From Candidatus Woesebacteria bacterium RIFCSPHIGHO2_01_FULL_44_10 (GTDB lineage: Bacteria; Patescibacteriota; Microgenomatia; UBA8517), in contig MGGO01000031.1 in NCBI GenBank assembly GCA_001792465.1, positions 1,172 through 65,171 on the forward strand: a stretch of DNA of 64,000 nt. Reading direction: 5' to 3'. The notes under the pieces are model-generated. The model was not told where the DNA came from, searched no databases, and saw nothing but the letters and a program-made list of their open reading frames with translations. Positions within the stretch are counted from its first letter, which is position 1, and each line of letters opens with the position of its first letter. Below, piece after piece: positions 45,828-56,022 of the stretch. A program made the position numbers and the translations under genes.

Positions 45828-46658
45828 ATGCCCGTAGAAAAAATTGCCCTCTTCAAAGGTAAAAAAATTCGCCGTCATTGGGAAAACAATCAAGAACAGT
45901 GGTATTTTTCTGTAATCGACATTGTCGCTGTATTAACAGAAAGTACAATCCCCAAAAGGTACTGGTCAGACCTAAAAAGTAAACTTCGTGAAGAAGGTAG
46001 TGAGGTGTACGAAAAAATCGTACACCTGAAAATGGTAGCACCAGATGGTAAATATTATCCAACCGATGCTGCAGATACTGAGACTGTGCTGCGTCTAATC
46101 CAGTCGATCCCCTCACCCAATGCCGAGCCGTTCAAACTCTGGCTGGCACGGGTGGGTTATGAGCGACTTGAAGAAACTGCCGACCCTGAATTAGCTATAA
46201 ATCGTGCCCTCAAAATTTATCTTCAAAAAGGTTACAGCCGCGAGTGGATCAATCAAAGGCTCAAAAGCATAGAAATTCGTAAAGACCTGACTGATGAATG
46301 GGAAACACGTGGCGTCAAAGAGGGAATAGAGTTTGCTATACTAACAGATGAAATTACCCAAGCCTGGGCAGGTTTAACTACAAGACAATACAAAAATCTC
46401 AAAAGCCTAAAAAAAGAAAGCCTGCGGGATAACATGACTAATTTGGAATTAGTCTTGAATATGCTGGCTGAAACGGTCACAACTGAAATATCAAAAAAAC
46501 GAAAACCAAAAGGCTTCATTCCAAGTAAAAAGATTGCCAAAGAGGGCGGCGGTATTGCCGGCAATGCCAGAAAACAAATCGAAAGAAAAACCGATAAAAA
46601 AGTTGTCACTAAAGAAAATTTTCAAACCATGAACAGGAAGAAATTGACAAAAGGCTAA
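45828..46658 (+). CDS. Bro-N/KilA-N domain protein, DinD/RhuM-like
   Basis: The N-terminal Bro-N-like region precedes the conserved 'LIQSIPSPNAEPFKLWLARVGYERL'. It is a paralog of the ORF at 51430..52305. Confidence 0.5.
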   Translation: MPVEKIALFKGKKIRRHWENNQEQWYFSVIDIVAVLTESTIPKRYWSDLKSKLREEGSEVYEKIVHLKMVAPDGKYYPTDAADTETVLRLIQSIPSPNAEPFKLWLARVGYERLEETADPELAINRALKIYLQKGYSREWINQRLKSIEIRKDLTDEWETRGVKEGIEFAILTDEITQAWAGLTTRQYKNLKSLKKESLRDNMTNLELVLNMLAETVTTEISKKRKPKGFIPSKKIAKEGGGIAGNARKQIERKTDKKVVTKENFQTMNRKKLTKG

Positions 46659-46681
46659 CTTTTAAGTTATCGTAGTCAGAC

Positions 46682-47095
46682 ATGAAAACTGCAGTTATAG
46701 TTGTAGTTTTAATTGCTGTTTTGGCCGGGGGTGGGTTTTTTGCTTATCGATCAATGACTTCCAGGACCCCCAGCCAACCTGCAGTTACCGAAACGGCAAC
46801 TGTTACAACGCAAACCCCTCAAGCTTCACCAACAATTACATATGATAGCTCCGGCTTTTCTCCAGCGACCATCACCGTTGGCGTCGGGGAGGCCGTAACT
46901 TTTGTAAATCAGTCAAGCCGCGCAATGTGGATTGCCAGCAATCCCCACCCGATTCACACCGGTCTGGCTGGTTTTGACGCCAAAAAAGGCATTGGTAACG
47001 GGGAAAGTTTCAGTTTCAGTTTCACCAAGGCAGGAGAATTTGGCTATCATAACCATCTCAATCTTTCTGATACGGGAACCGTTGTTGTCGAGTAG
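46682..47095 (+). CDS. Secreted or membrane-anchored cupredoxin-like protein lacking the canonical Cys ligand
   Basis: An N-terminal TM helix is present. The C-terminal 'EFGYHNHLNLSDTGTVVV' is beta-rich. Confidence 0.3.
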   Translation: MKTAVIVVVLIAVLAGGGFFAYRSMTSRTPSQPAVTETATVTTQTPQASPTITYDSSGFSPATITVGVGEAVTFVNQSSRAMWIASNPHPIHTGLAGFDAKKGIGNGESFSFSFTKAGEFGYHNHLNLSDTGTVVVE

Positions 47096-47097
47096 AA

Positions 47098-48543
47098 TTA
47101 TTTCTGATGGCGATCTGTGTAGCCCGGGAAAAAGTCTGTTTTGATCCCTGCCACTTTCATCTTTGAAAGCATTTTGGCAAAAATATCAACCATCGGTTGG
47201 GGGCCGGAGACGTAATAAATTCTTTTTTTCCAGTCGGGGACTTTTGTTTTAATCAGTGCTTCGTCAATATAACCGTCCTTTTCGGTAACAACATAATGGG
47301 TTTTAATCCCCACCTTTTGGGCTTCGTCAAAAAGCTTTCTAAAAGCAATATCCTGGAGCGTGGAATTTGAATATAAAAGCACAATGTCTCTTTCTTGCTT
47401 TTTATCAATCAACCAGCGGGCCATGCTGGCAAAGGGCGTGATCCCGATACCTCCGGCGATAAAAGCCAGGGGAATTGTTTTATCTTTGGGCAGGACAAAT
47501 TCACCAGCCGCGTCCATGGCCACAATTTGGTCCCCTCCTTTGAGGTTGGAAAGAGTCTTTTTAAAAGAACTGGCCTCATCTGGAACCCTGACCGCAATCA
47601 TAATGTCTTTTTGGGTTGGTGAGGAGGCAATGGTGAAATAGCGCCGTACGCCCCGGGCGTCAGGTCCAACGTGAGGCAGAGTCCAGTGCAGAAATTGGCC
47701 GGGCCGATAATCAAACGAAGCCGTTTTTGCAAAATGAAACGCGTAGGTATTGTTGGCCAGTTTTTCTTTGGTTTTTAAAGTCAGAATTGTCCTGAAAGGC
47801 AGAGAAAGCAAGTAAAAAAGAATATTACCCGCCAGAAGTGAAGCTTCCAGGGTGTAGCCCACTTTTACAAACTGCTGAGTTAGAATAAGCACGACCGCGA
47901 CAAAGCCGGCATAAATAATTTGTTTTTTGGTTTCCACCGGGGAGGTCAAAGGCTCAATAAGCATGACCGAAACAAAAAAGATAATCGGGCTTACTCCCAG
48001 AAAGCCTGATCCAAGCAAGTAAGTTGCCAAAAAGACGGCTGCCAGTGTAAATCTTTTGATTTTAGTCAGAATCAAAAAGCCACCAATGGCTGTAAAGGCA
48101 GTTAAAGGTGGGCTGCCCACCCACCACGAAGCACCAATACCGCCAAAAACCGCCATTGCCGTTACTGCCAAAGCCGCCGGGTTGAAAATGTGCCTTTTCC
48201 TGATTGCCAGAACGTATTTTGAGACCATGGCGGCAATTGCCACTAAAGTCAGAAAAACAAGCTGTCCGGGAAAATCTACCGGACCGACAATTAAGGAAAG
48301 AATTAAGGCGGTAATGGTGGCCGATTCGGAATTGGTAACCGCACCAAAAATTTTCGAAAAAATTCTGTTGGCAATATTTGCTACCAGAAAAAGATAAACA
48401 GCCTGAAGAGCAATCTGAACCGGCGGGAGTGGTAAAACTCCCAAAAAACCTTCAACGACCGCAAGTGTTAAATAACCAATCAATACATACAGGATTAACC
48501 GATACATGGTTAGCCTATTGAGAAGATTGGTCAGCCAAGTCAT
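47098..48543 (-). CDS. Membrane protein (RnfD/NqrB-like polytopic N-terminus) fused to an FNR-type FAD/NAD(P)-binding oxidoreductase domain
   Basis: 'RRYFTIAS' is the RxYS FAD motif. 'AFIAGGIGITPF' is the NAD(P) GxGxxP motif. At least 8 TM helices are present in the N-terminal half. Confidence 0.55.
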   Translation of the reverse strand: MTWLTNLLNRLTMYRLILYVLIGYLTLAVVEGFLGVLPLPPVQIALQAVYLFLVANIANRIFSKIFGAVTNSESATITALILSLIVGPVDFPGQLVFLTLVAIAAMVSKYVLAIRKRHIFNPAALAVTAMAVFGGIGASWWVGSPPLTAFTAIGGFLILTKIKRFTLAAVFLATYLLGSGFLGVSPIIFFVSVMLIEPLTSPVETKKQIIYAGFVAVVLILTQQFVKVGYTLEASLLAGNILFYLLSLPFRTILTLKTKEKLANNTYAFHFAKTASFDYRPGQFLHWTLPHVGPDARGVRRYFTIASSPTQKDIMIAVRVPDEASSFKKTLSNLKGGDQIVAMDAAGEFVLPKDKTIPLAFIAGGIGITPFASMARWLIDKKQERDIVLLYSNSTLQDIAFRKLFDEAQKVGIKTHYVVTEKDGYIDEALIKTKVPDWKKRIYYVSGPQPMVDIFAKMLSKMKVAGIKTDFFPGYTDRHQK

Positions 48544-48549
48544 ATCCTA

Positions 48550-49155
48550 ATGTTATCAAACAATTTGGCATTAATTTTCATTCTGATGCTATTATATACC
48601 TGCAATATGAAAATCGTTGCCACACTAAGAAATCAACAATATATATTCGAAACCAAGCCAGGTTTGTTTTCAAAAGACAAAATAGATTTAGGAACTCGGT
48701 TATTAATTGAAAATATGGAAATCAAAAATGGTGATACCGTCGTAGATCTGGGGTGCGGCTACGGCCCCATTGGCATTGTTGCAGCCAATCTTGCACCCGA
48801 AGGAAGAGTCTATCTGGTCGATATAGATATTCGAGCCCTCAAATACGCAAAAATTAACGCCGAGATCAATAGCACAAAAAATGTCGAAATTCTGGCAAGC
48901 GATGGTTTTGAAAAAATACCGCCCGAAATAAATTTTGATGTTGTGCTGTCAAACCCTCCAAGTCATATGCCTAAAGAAACGATTATTGAGTTTATAGAAA
49001 ATTCAAAAATGCGACTCAGAGAAAACGGCAAATTATATTTTGTAACCGTAAAGAGGATCAAACCGCTGATTAAGCGTGAATTTGAAAGAGTCTTTGGCAA
49101 TTACAGCTCAGTTGCGTCAAAGTATGAACACGTAATCTCATTAGCTAATATATAA
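48550..49155 (+). CDS. Class I SAM-dependent methyltransferase (RsmC-like, NPPSH motif)
   Basis: 'VVDLGCGYGPIG' and 'LSNPPSH'. It is a paralog of the ORF at 41458..42090. Confidence 0.55.
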   Translation: MLSNNLALIFILMLLYTCNMKIVATLRNQQYIFETKPGLFSKDKIDLGTRLLIENMEIKNGDTVVDLGCGYGPIGIVAANLAPEGRVYLVDIDIRALKYAKINAEINSTKNVEILASDGFEKIPPEINFDVVLSNPPSHMPKETIIEFIENSKMRLRENGKLYFVTVKRIKPLIKREFERVFGNYSSVASKYEHVISLANI

Positions 49156-49299
49156 AATGATTGTCAAGAGAAAAACTGGTTACTTTGTTTTAAGCGAGAA
49201 AACGCGGAGGAACTTGGGTGGACCGTACAAAACCAGAGAAGAAGCCAAAAAGCGCCTGCGGCAGGTGGAATTTTTCAAAAGGCAAAAAAAGTAACTATC

Positions 49300-49923
49300 T
49301 TAAGCAGGTTCCATAATATAACCTCTAGTCACACAGTTTTCCCGCATCTTTCTGATTTTCCCCATTAAATCAGCGTTAGAAACTAATCCGTCGAGATGCA
49401 GTTTATAACTGAATAAGGTTCCACTCTTGATAGAATCGTGTGTAGTTGTTTCTTCATAGACCGGTGGCTGGTCCGGAAGATTGAGAAGCCGCTGTCTGAA
49501 TTGATGCATACTTTTTACAGTGGCTCCTCGTAAAAAATTCATGCGAGGAAAATTCTCACTAAAATTGTCTTCATTTCTCCACCAATCAACCAAGGCTGAT
49601 AGGGCAGCCCCAAAAACCGTGCCGTATTTAATAGGATTGCCTTTACCATACCTGCTTGAGTACCGATCAGGATAAAAATGCATGTGCCAACTATTCCCTG
49701 TACGCTCAATTCTCAAGCCGGTATTTCCAAAAGCTACGGCGTGAATGTTTTCTCCATCATATATATACTTAGTCTCAAAATTTATTGGCTCGAGCTTTTT
49801 TTCCTCTTCCATCATATAATTAAATAATACTATAGCCCTTGACAGATAAAATTCATATATGCGTATACTGGTATATAAGTTTTTTGAAGGGGGTGAGGAG
49901 AAATGGCAGCAAAAAAACCTCAA
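49300..49923 (-). CDS. Hypothetical protein
   Basis: ORF. The true start is probably the internal 'MMEEEKK'. Confidence 0.3.
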   Translation of the reverse strand: MRFFCCHFSSPPSKNLYTSIRIYEFYLSRAIVLFNYMMEEEKKLEPINFETKYIYDGENIHAVAFGNTGLRIERTGNSWHMHFYPDRYSSRYGKGNPIKYGTVFGAALSALVDWWRNEDNFSENFPRMNFLRGATVKSMHQFRQRLLNLPDQPPVYEETTTHDSIKSGTLFSYKLHLDGLVSNADLMGKIRKMRENCVTRGYIMEPA

Positions 49924-50115
49924 ATGAAAGGGTTAGATTGGGTAGCTTGGGTACTTGTGGTTGTGGGTGCCCTTAACTGGGGATTCGTAGGAGTAGCTAA
50001 CTTGAACTTGGTAGAATCAGTTTTTGGCGTTAGCGCTTCCCTAGTTTCAGTCTTTTACATACTAGTTGGCCTCGGAGGACTCTATATGGTCTGGATGGCC
50101 CTAGGAAAGAAGTAA
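49903..50115 (+). CDS. DUF378-like small membrane protein
   Basis: 'VLVVVGALNWGFVGVANLNLVESVFG'. Confidence 0.5.
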   Translation: MAAKKPQMKGLDWVAWVLVVVGALNWGFVGVANLNLVESVFGVSASLVSVFYILVGLGGLYMVWMALGKK

Positions 50116-50401
50116 GGAGTTTATAACTTTCACCTGATCTCTAATCAATTGTCCTGCGTCGCTATCGATCTTTTCGTTTAAGTATTGAATGATTGATTCG
50201 TCGTAGGGGTTTAAGTGGAATTTATCCAAGAACTCTTCGTGATGGTCAGAGTGGAGGTTGTCTAAGATGCAACCGACTATTTTGTGGTGGATAAGTTCAT
50301 CTACTATCTGCCACAATTCTTCTTTCTCTTCCTGAGTTTGCGCTACTTTACTGATGTGTTTTTCTACGTCAGATAAATCTAGTAAACTGTCGTAGAAAAT
50401 T

Positions 50402-51394
50402 TTAGACATTGATTAAATTCACTCCTTCTAAGTTTAGTTTATTATATTCCACCGGACCAATGGGAACTTGATTTTGTGGATCATCAACAAAGAAAAGGAC
50501 GACCGGTCCCTTTTTGTAGCGCGAGCCACCAAGGTAATCCATAACTTCCGGGCTACCACCAAAATGTTTCCCTGTCCAGGCCGCCGGGCCGGAGTCGGCA
50601 ATGGCGGCAACGACTGCGTTTCCATTGGCAGTGTTTACAATTAAAACTTTACGATATTTATACCAATCCCGCAGGTACGGTTGGCGGCGACCCCAGTCAG
50701 GCAGATACAGAGTTTGAACTACGGCATACCAGCGTTCGGTTTCCTCCAAGTTACGGGTAAACTTGTCTTTTGAAGGGGCAAAATAACCCCAGGCTCCAAG
50801 GCCCGGAGCAATGCCCTCTTTAAGCATTTCGCTGTCCTGGCTGTGATTGGCCAGGGTATCGCCGGGGTAGCGCCTCAAGTGCTGCTCAGCCCCAATGTAG
50901 CCGTAAGTGGTGTTAAGGTGCTCCCCCTCTAATGTTGCCCGTGCTTTAATTCCAATAACACCCTCAAAAACCTGCTCAAGATTTTTTTCTTCTTCGCGGC
51001 TCAAGGGCCTGGGTTTTTCGGGAATAACCTCTTTCAAGGATTCAATCAATACTTTTTTGGGTGCTTCAGGAGATTGAGTAGATTCACCCACAGTTTTTAG
51101 TCTTTCCACAACTTCATGGGCAGGGGGCAGGGCTTTTTGCCCCTTAGGTGGGGAAAGAAGAAGCACTCCGGCCAAAGCGCTAGCACCAATGATTTTAGCG
51201 GAGTGCTCACGGACACGGCCCAAATCCAGCCCCTTCTTTTCCAAATATTTCTTTGCTTTGGGATACTTTTGGGCAAACTCATCTCTTACCTCGAACTGTT
51301 TGACTTTGAGCTTTTGCCGCAGGGCCTCGGCTTTCTCCCGGGCAGCATCAACTTTAATGTCAAAATAAGTCTGTGTGGGTACCTTTCCCCCCAT
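50402..51394 (-). CDS. Hypothetical secreted protein with a possible DPBB (RlpA/3D-like) C-terminal domain
   Basis: 'VLIVNTANGNAVVAAIADSGPAAWTGK'. Confidence 0.3.
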   Translation of the reverse strand: MGGKVPTQTYFDIKVDAAREKAEALRQKLKVKQFEVRDEFAQKYPKAKKYLEKKGLDLGRVREHSAKIIGASALAGVLLLSPPKGQKALPPAHEVVERLKTVGESTQSPEAPKKVLIESLKEVIPEKPRPLSREEEKNLEQVFEGVIGIKARATLEGEHLNTTYGYIGAEQHLRRYPGDTLANHSQDSEMLKEGIAPGLGAWGYFAPSKDKFTRNLEETERWYAVVQTLYLPDWGRRQPYLRDWYKYRKVLIVNTANGNAVVAAIADSGPAAWTGKHFGGSPEVMDYLGGSRYKKGPVVLFFVDDPQNQVPIGPVEYNKLNLEGVNLINV

Positions 51395-51429
51395 GTTATT
51401 TCATTATACAATGAAGTTGGACAAGTTCA

Positions 51430-52305
51430 TTATCCTCCAATCAACTTTTTACTCTGGGGCAAAAAATTCTTCCTGGAAACAATTGAGCGCTTGAGGCGCT
51501 TCTCAAGTTTTTTTCTGGCACCACCGGCAATATCTCCACCGGCGCGGGCATCTTTTTTAAGTTTGGGCACCCCTTTTGAGTCCTCAACCCGATGGATCTC
51601 AGTTGTGGCCCGCTCTCCCAACATGGTAAAAATCAATTCAAAATCGTCCATATGGTCGCGTAGATTTTCCCTTTTTAGCCCCTTTAATCTTTTGTACTGG
51701 CTGGGGGTAACTCCAAATGCGGCTTTGGAAATCTCAGCGGTCAAAATTTTGTAATCTTTTTTGGCTTTTGCGCCACGTTTTTGCCACTCGTCGGTTAGTT
51801 CTTCACGAATAACAATCCCACGCATCCTTTTTTCAATCCAGTCGCCAGGGTAACCTTTGGCTTTATACAAAACCCTGGTTCTCTTAGTCGCCAATTCCGG
51901 ATCTTCAATCTCTTGAATGCGTTCATACCCAACCTTTGCCAACCATCGTTTAAATGGCTCTGCCTTCGGGGAAGGGATAGATTGAATGAGGCGAAATATC
52001 CCTTCTGTGTTCCAACAATAAGCCTTCTGTTTGCCTCCAGGAGTTCTAATTTCCAACATAAGGGGTGGTACAAATTGTACCCCCCCTTTGCTCATTAATT
52101 TTCTCAACTCAGTATCCCTGGATTTGAGGCGCTTGAAATACTGAGCCGGATCTCTGGAGTCTGTCAGAGCTTCAATTATGTCGTTAACCACGAACCACCA
52201 CTCATTTTTATAAATGGTCTTTCTAATTCCTTTCCCCCTAAAAATGGCAATCTTTGTGTTTTCTTCCATTTCTTTATTTGTATCAACTCCGACACCAAAA
52301 CACAA
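51430..52305 (-). CDS. Bro-N domain protein, DinD/RhuM-like (paralog)
   Basis: 'LIQSIPSPKAEPFKRWLAKVGYERI'. It is about 50% identical to the ORF at 45828..46658. Confidence 0.5.
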   Translation of the reverse strand: MCFGVGVDTNKEMEENTKIAIFRGKGIRKTIYKNEWWFVVNDIIEALTDSRDPAQYFKRLKSRDTELRKLMSKGGVQFVPPLMLEIRTPGGKQKAYCWNTEGIFRLIQSIPSPKAEPFKRWLAKVGYERIQEIEDPELATKRTRVLYKAKGYPGDWIEKRMRGIVIREELTDEWQKRGAKAKKDYKILTAEISKAAFGVTPSQYKRLKGLKRENLRDHMDDFELIFTMLGERATTEIHRVEDSKGVPKLKKDARAGGDIAGGARKKLEKRLKRSIVSRKNFLPQSKKLIGG

Positions 52306-52399
52306 TTGCCCAACTTAAGCCCAGAAATTATACAAGAATGAAGTCTAAACTCGAATCAGTTTTTGAAATACGTGCAAGGACGGACCTTGTACGTCATTC

Positions 52400-53626
52400 C
52401 TAGCCCAGAACTTTTTGAAGTCTTTTGATGGATTCCTCCCTCCCTAAAATCTCAATTGATTCATTGATCGGGGGGGTGATTTTTTGACCGGTGAGGGCAA
52501 TACGTAAGTCCATAAAAAAGTCCCCTACTTTAAAGCCATTCTTTTGGGGAACTTTATCTAAAGATTCGTTCTTCTCCAAAGCTGCAATAGCGGCAGCAAG
52601 ATGCTTTTTATAATTCCTGCCTAGTAATTTTCTATCCACTTCCACTTCGGAAGTGGCCAGAAAGAAAGAGCACAGCGAGTCGAATTCTTTGAGAGTTTTG
52701 ATGCGGGTTTTTACTAAGGGAACTAATTTTTCGACTAGATCTTTATCATACTTACCTTCAAAGAAATCATAAATTTTTGCTTTTAGATCCTCGTTTTTCA
52801 TTTCCCGAATATATTCACCGTTGATCCAATCGAGTTTATCTCTGTCAAAAATTGGTCCGGTCTTGCGGACGCGGGCAAGGTCAAGATTTTTAACAAAATC
52901 GTCAAAAGAAAAAATTTCTTTTTCTTCCGGATGACTCCAGCCCAAAAGGCATAAAAAATTTACCAAAGCTTCGGGTAGATAGCCTTCCTGCTGATACCAA
53001 GACAAAGCCACCGGATTTTTTCGCTTAGAAATTTTGCTGCGGTCAGCGTTTCGCAAAAGCGGCATGTGGCCAAACTCCGGCAAGGCGGCCCCAAGCGCCT
53101 GATAAACCGTAATTTGGCGGGGGGTGTTGCTGATGTGATCCTCGGCCCGAATGACGTGGCTTATTTTCATCTCAATATCGTCAACCACGACCGCAAAATT
53201 GTAAGTCGGAAAGCCGTCTTTTTTGATGATGGCAAAATCTTTCATTTCTTCCTTAGGAAAAGTAATTTCTCCTCGAATCAGGTCTTGCCAAGAAACGTAC
53301 TCTCGGGGTACGCGCAAAATTATACCCCCGTCTTCCTCATACGCTTTATCTTCATCCAGAAGCCTTTGAGCATATTTTTTATAAACATCCAGCCGGTCGG
53401 ACTGACGGTAAAATTCATCCCAAGTAAAACCCAACCATTTTAGTCCTTCCTCAATCACTTTGATTCCACCTTCCACTTCCCGTTTTTTATCCGTATCTTC
53501 GATTCTTAAAATAAATTTACCTTTATTTTTGCGGGCCATGGCCAGATTAAACAAAGCAATGTAGGCTGTCCCCACATGAGCAAAGCCGGTAGGTGATGGG
53601 GCGATTCTGGTTCGTACGTTAGGCAT
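52400..53626 (-). CDS. gltX: Glutamyl-tRNA synthetase
   Basis: HIGH-class 'PSPTGFAHVGTA' and KMSKS 'KISKRKN'. The start was trimmed to 'MPNVRTRIAPSPTG'. Confidence 0.75.
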   Translation of the reverse strand: MPNVRTRIAPSPTGFAHVGTAYIALFNLAMARKNKGKFILRIEDTDKKREVEGGIKVIEEGLKWLGFTWDEFYRQSDRLDVYKKYAQRLLDEDKAYEEDGGIILRVPREYVSWQDLIRGEITFPKEEMKDFAIIKKDGFPTYNFAVVVDDIEMKISHVIRAEDHISNTPRQITVYQALGAALPEFGHMPLLRNADRSKISKRKNPVALSWYQQEGYLPEALVNFLCLLGWSHPEEKEIFSFDDFVKNLDLARVRKTGPIFDRDKLDWINGEYIREMKNEDLKAKIYDFFEGKYDKDLVEKLVPLVKTRIKTLKEFDSLCSFFLATSEVEVDRKLLGRNYKKHLAAAIAALEKNESLDKVPQKNGFKVGDFFMDLRIALTGQKITPPINESIEILGREESIKRLQKVLG

Positions 53627-53632
53627 CTTCAA

Positions 53633-54715
53633 TTGAATTTTACCACCGACCCCACGTATACTCAAAAGAGAATGACCAGTCTGACTCAAGTTGCTATCTC
53701 AACCCGAAAAATAATCCGCTATGGCATCTACGGTATCTTGGGATTAATTGCTTTAAGAATTATTTTTGGGCTGGGTATTAATTTGTACAAAAGGCTTTTC
53801 CCCAAGCCTCCGCCTCCCCCAACGGTCGCTTTTGGCAAATTGCCTGGTTTGCCGTTTCCTGAAAAAGAGCGACCGCAAGTAACCTATACTCTGCAAACCG
53901 TAACTGGGCAGCTGCCTGCTCTGCCTACCCAGACCAAGGTTTACTTCATGCCCCAGCTGTCATCTAACCTATTGGCCCTGGAGTCGGCCAAACAAAAGGC
54001 CACTTCTCTAGGTTTTGTCAGCGAACCAATTGCCAAAAGTGAAACTATTTACACTTTTCCCCATCCCAGAGTTCCATCAGATCTTGAAATGAATATCATT
54101 ACCGGAAGCTTCTCCATTAGTTACAACCTCTCCATTGATTCCTCTCCAGTTGAAAGAAGGCCTTCCTCACCAGAAATTGCGGCAAGCCAGGTAAGGAGCT
54201 TTCTGTCCTCGGCAAATCTTCTACCGGAAGATCTAACCGGCCAGACCAGCCATGAATTCCTAAAAATTGAAGCTCTCAGGCTGGTTGACGCTATTTCTCT
54301 CTCAGAGGCAGATCTGGTCCGGGTAAACCTTTTCAGACGTGCTTACGATGAGTTGCCGGCGGTCACTCCGGATCCTAAGCGAGCTAATGTTTGGTTCTTG
54401 GTAACAGGGGCCAGCCAGCGCGAAAAACAAATTGTCAACGGTGAGTATCACTACTTCCCCGTCGATGAAGAGCAGTCCTCTACCTACCCCATTAAAACCG
54501 CGCAGGACGCCTACAATGAGCTTGCCGCGGGCGCAGGATATATCGCCAATATGGGACAAAGTGAGAGTGGGCAGGTAGTGATAAGGGAAGTGTATTTAGC
54601 TTACTATGACGCCGGTGAACAAGTAGAATTTTACCAGCCAGTTATTGTCTTTGCCGGCGACAACAACTTTATAGCCTACGTCCCCGCTGTCACGGCTGAT
54701 TATTACGAAGAGTGA
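53633..54715 (+). CDS. Hypothetical exported protein
   Basis: An N-terminal TM/signal segment is present. 360 aa. Confidence 0.35.
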   Translation: MNFTTDPTYTQKRMTSLTQVAISTRKIIRYGIYGILGLIALRIIFGLGINLYKRLFPKPPPPPTVAFGKLPGLPFPEKERPQVTYTLQTVTGQLPALPTQTKVYFMPQLSSNLLALESAKQKATSLGFVSEPIAKSETIYTFPHPRVPSDLEMNIITGSFSISYNLSIDSSPVERRPSSPEIAASQVRSFLSSANLLPEDLTGQTSHEFLKIEALRLVDAISLSEADLVRVNLFRRAYDELPAVTPDPKRANVWFLVTGASQREKQIVNGEYHYFPVDEEQSSTYPIKTAQDAYNELAAGAGYIANMGQSESGQVVIREVYLAYYDAGEQVEFYQPVIVFAGDNNFIAYVPAVTADYYEE

Positions 54716-55131
54716 AAATCATCCCCTTCGAAGCTCTCGAAAAAGCAATCCCGCCCCTAAAAGCAAAATCCCCCACGACACAATAATCAGTAAGGTTAAA
54801 TTACTCATCGTAAACTCATGTTACCTTTTCTTTATCAGAAAGTAAATAAATAAATAAAGCAAACCCGTTAGGGCAGTTGCCACCGAGAAAATCCTTATAA
54901 TATCTTCAAAATTCATAAATTAACTACTTTTATTAATCAGCAAGGCGAAACTTACAGAAACCAAAGATAAAGATAGCCCCCATATTCCAGTAGTAATAAT
55001 ATTCTGTAAATCCCTGGTTGAAAAGATGGGGGCGACAACTCCACCGGCAAACCAAGTAACCCCCACATTCGCGACGAACTCAGAAAGTATGCGGCGCTGG
55101 TGGACAGTTAACCTCACTAATAAATTCTAAC

Positions 55132-56022
55132 CTAAAATTTAACTTCTTGCCAGGAGTAATTTTCAAAAATCCAATCAATTAATTCCCTTGTTTCACCAAA
55201 CCGATCTTGGGAACCTAGAAGAGCAATAATTATTTTGTGCCCATCCCGCTCAATATAAGTTACCAGATTCTCCCGTGCATCCTCAGTCCAGCCGGTCTTA
55301 ATGCCAACAACCCCGTCAACCACCCCCAAAAGCTCATTGATATTAATTAGATAATGAGCAATTTCTCCGTCAACGCTCGTGACTCTGGTTTCCTTAGTCC
55401 CAACAATCTGGGCAAATTCTGGATTTTGCATGGCAATTTGAGAAAGCCGAACTAAATCTCTGGCCGTGGAAACGTGATCCTCACCATCAAGACCGGTGGG
55501 GTTTGCAAATAGGGTGTGGTCAAGATGGTACCTGGCCGCTTTCATATTCATGGCTGCGACAAACATTTCTCTGCCACCGGGATAGTCAGCGGCCAGTGCT
55601 TCAGCCGCGTCATTGGCTGAATAAATCAAAAGACCCTTCAAAAGATCCTTCGCGACCATTTCCTCCCCTGCTATCAATCCCATTTTTTGCCCGACCACTG
55701 ACAGCGGTTTGACTTTCACTACATAGTCGTCAGGGTAATAGTCCATGGCAACCAGCGCCGTCATTATCTTAGTTGTTGAGGCAGGAAGAAGTGTTTGGTC
55801 CGCATTTTTCTCATACATAACAACTGACGAGTCGAGGTCAACCGCAGTCACCCCTTGGGCTGAAAGCACGGGAAACCCCTCGGTGTTGCCCAAAACCGGC
55901 AGAAGGCTAAAGGCAGCAACCGGTTTTGGTTGGCTAACCACAACAAAGTCAGGTTTGGACAAGGCCAGGGCCGAGCTGGCTATAAAAACAAATGAGAGCA
56001 TGGACAGCAAGAGAAGTTTCAT
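55132..56022 (-). CDS. dacA: D-alanyl-D-alanine carboxypeptidase (S11, PBP5 family)
   Basis: The SxxK motif is 'PASTTKIMTA'. An N-terminal signal peptide is present. Confidence 0.7.
   Translation of the reverse strand: MKLLLLSMLSFVFIASSALALSKPDFVVVSQPKPVAAFSLLPVLGNTEGFPVLSAQGVTAVDLDSSVVMYEKNADQTLLPASTTKIMTALVAMDYYPDDYVVKVKPLSVVGQKMGLIAGEEMVAKDLLKGLLIYSANDAAEALAADYPGGREMFVAAMNMKAARYHLDHTLFANPTGLDGEDHVSTARDLVRLSQIAMQNPEFAQIVGTKETRVTSVDGEIAHYLININELLGVVDGVVGIKTGWTEDARENLVTYIERDGHKIIIALLGSQDRFGETRELIDWIFENYSWQEVKF

Noticed and set aside
46682-47095. Blue-copper protein (plastocyanin/azurin)
   Set aside because: The ORF has no Cys in the expected ligand position, so a canonical type-1 copper site cannot be supported.
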